This document shows positions 36,936-38,182 of a DNA stretch of 38,182 bases, piece after piece; the stretch's first letter is position 1, and each line of letters begins with the position of its first letter. The stretch covers positions 1-38,182 of the forward strand of contig NMRA01000471.1 of the NCBI GenBank assembly GCA_002633005.1, written 5' to 3'. The stretch is from Phoronis australis (lineage: Eukaryota > Animalia > Phoronida). Under the pieces are notes generated by a model. It made no database searches and was not told the origin of the DNA. It was given only the letters and a program-made list of their open reading frames with translations. The translations under genes were made by a program, and so were the position numbers.

Positions 36936-37012
36936 ACAACATGGCTTATGGGTATCCTAGACGATACTTTATAACAACATGGCTTATGGGTATCCTAGAC
37001 AATACTTAATAA
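36936..37012. repeat. 38-bp tandem duplication
   Basis: acaacatggcttatgggtatcctagac.atactt.ata occurs twice. Confidence 0.9.
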
Positions 37013-37511
37013 CAAATAACCATTTCTGAGATAAGATAACAACTAATCCAGATTTTCTACATGAAAGGGTAAAACACCCACCTAGAACCCATACGGACTC
37101 CACCCCCATGGGAGAAATTTAGTTGAAAGATAGTAAGTAGTTGTGATTGATTGGTTGTTATATGGCTGGGTAATCAAGAACAACTTGTAGTTAGATGGAT
37201 GAAGTCTTAATGGACCAAGACTATTGATTCCTGGGAGTGACTTGTGAAATATGACCTTGAATTGATTCATTTACTTACGAAATATATCCTCTTGTCTTGA
37301 TTTAGTTACTTGTGCAATTGTATTGTTTACATGCTCAAAACCATTTTGATTGGCAGATTGAGGAAAGTGCATGCATAAAGTCAAAGTCTATACCTAAATG
37401 ACAGTGGAGTGGGGTAGGGTCACATTTCACTGCCTTTCACAGTAACATAATGTGTCCAGAAATACTTGAAACATAAATGTTGAAATGAGGACTGCCACAT
37501 AACTTCCTAAC

Positions 37512-37724
37512 ATTAAAAAACGGACAAACACCGCACAAATAAAAAAGTTCATGTTCATTCAAAGTTTAATCTATTCCTAAGACCTCATCAGGATAATATT
37601 TACAATAAGACAGTAAGTGTCGAATACCAGTCAAGTCACATCCATGTAGTGAAATGAGAGTAGCAAGAGATACAGGGAATAGTAAGTAGGTCATCACCAT
37701 AGTTGTAGGGTCACTGAGCTCTGC
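37512..37724 (-). mobile_element. Solo 3' terminal fragment of the same Penelope family as 11909-15727
   Basis: tcgaataccagtcaagtcacatccatgtagtgaaatgagagtagcaagagatacaggg is identical to 12023-12080. Confidence 0.92.
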
Positions 37725-38182
37725 AACATGCTATGAACATTCCCACTAAATAAGATTGGTCCTAACCCCAGTGGTTAAGGTAAACGGTGGGGTATGGAAA
37801 ATTGAACTAGACCGTATTTATCCACCTTGGCTGAGTCGCACTCGGCTCACGATCAAAGGGATGCCGCCAAGCTGCTCTAGTCATCGAGTCACGAGCGAGG
37901 ATAATTGGCTTCGCTCATGCGGATATGATCAGCTGATTACAATCTAGCTAGCAGACTGTACTTTTTATGGAGAGAGTTTTACGTAGTTTTTACTGTAATA
38001 TTTGAAAAGAGGAGCGAAAACAAATATGAGTACAACTTTGAATTTTTCAAATCGGCCCAGGATAAGAGATTTTGCAACACAGCAACACTCACGATTACTT
38101 TCATTCGGCGCGCACTAATACAAAAATATAGGACCCAAGTTATTTAGATTTTGGAACACATGCATTGCAATATTCAAAATAC

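Noticed and set aside
37750-37960. CpG-rich patch as an ncRNA or SINE
   Set aside because: No clear A/B boxes, TIRs or fold could be identified by eye.

Overview
AT-rich, repeat-dense eukaryotic genomic DNA; the repeat types (Penelope, Academ, Helentron/HINE, Kolobok-, Harbinger- and hAT-like MITEs, Hero-like retroelement) point to a marine invertebrate, probably a mollusc (inference). There are two host genes. The first is a minus-strand secreted multi-EGF protein ORF (3627-4394) with a decayed partial duplicate beside it (2917-3300). The second is a plus-strand spliced gene that the ORF track mostly misses: CpG-rich promoter near 19.0-19.2 kb, ATG exon 22342-22441, exon 24236-24305, and a possible 17-nt microexon at 28797-28813; it probably runs off the right end. 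The rest is decayed TEs, including a Penelope element split by an internally deleted Academ transposon and capped by alternating inverted copies of its own 3' end, plus minisatellites and two assembly gaps. I found no prokaryote-type system (CRISPR, operon, defence island). The most interesting signals are the in-frame TGA and relic tail of the EGF gene, its possible Pack-TIR duplicate, the unidentified spliced gene, and hammerhead-like motifs in Penelope-type ends. All alignments were done by eye.
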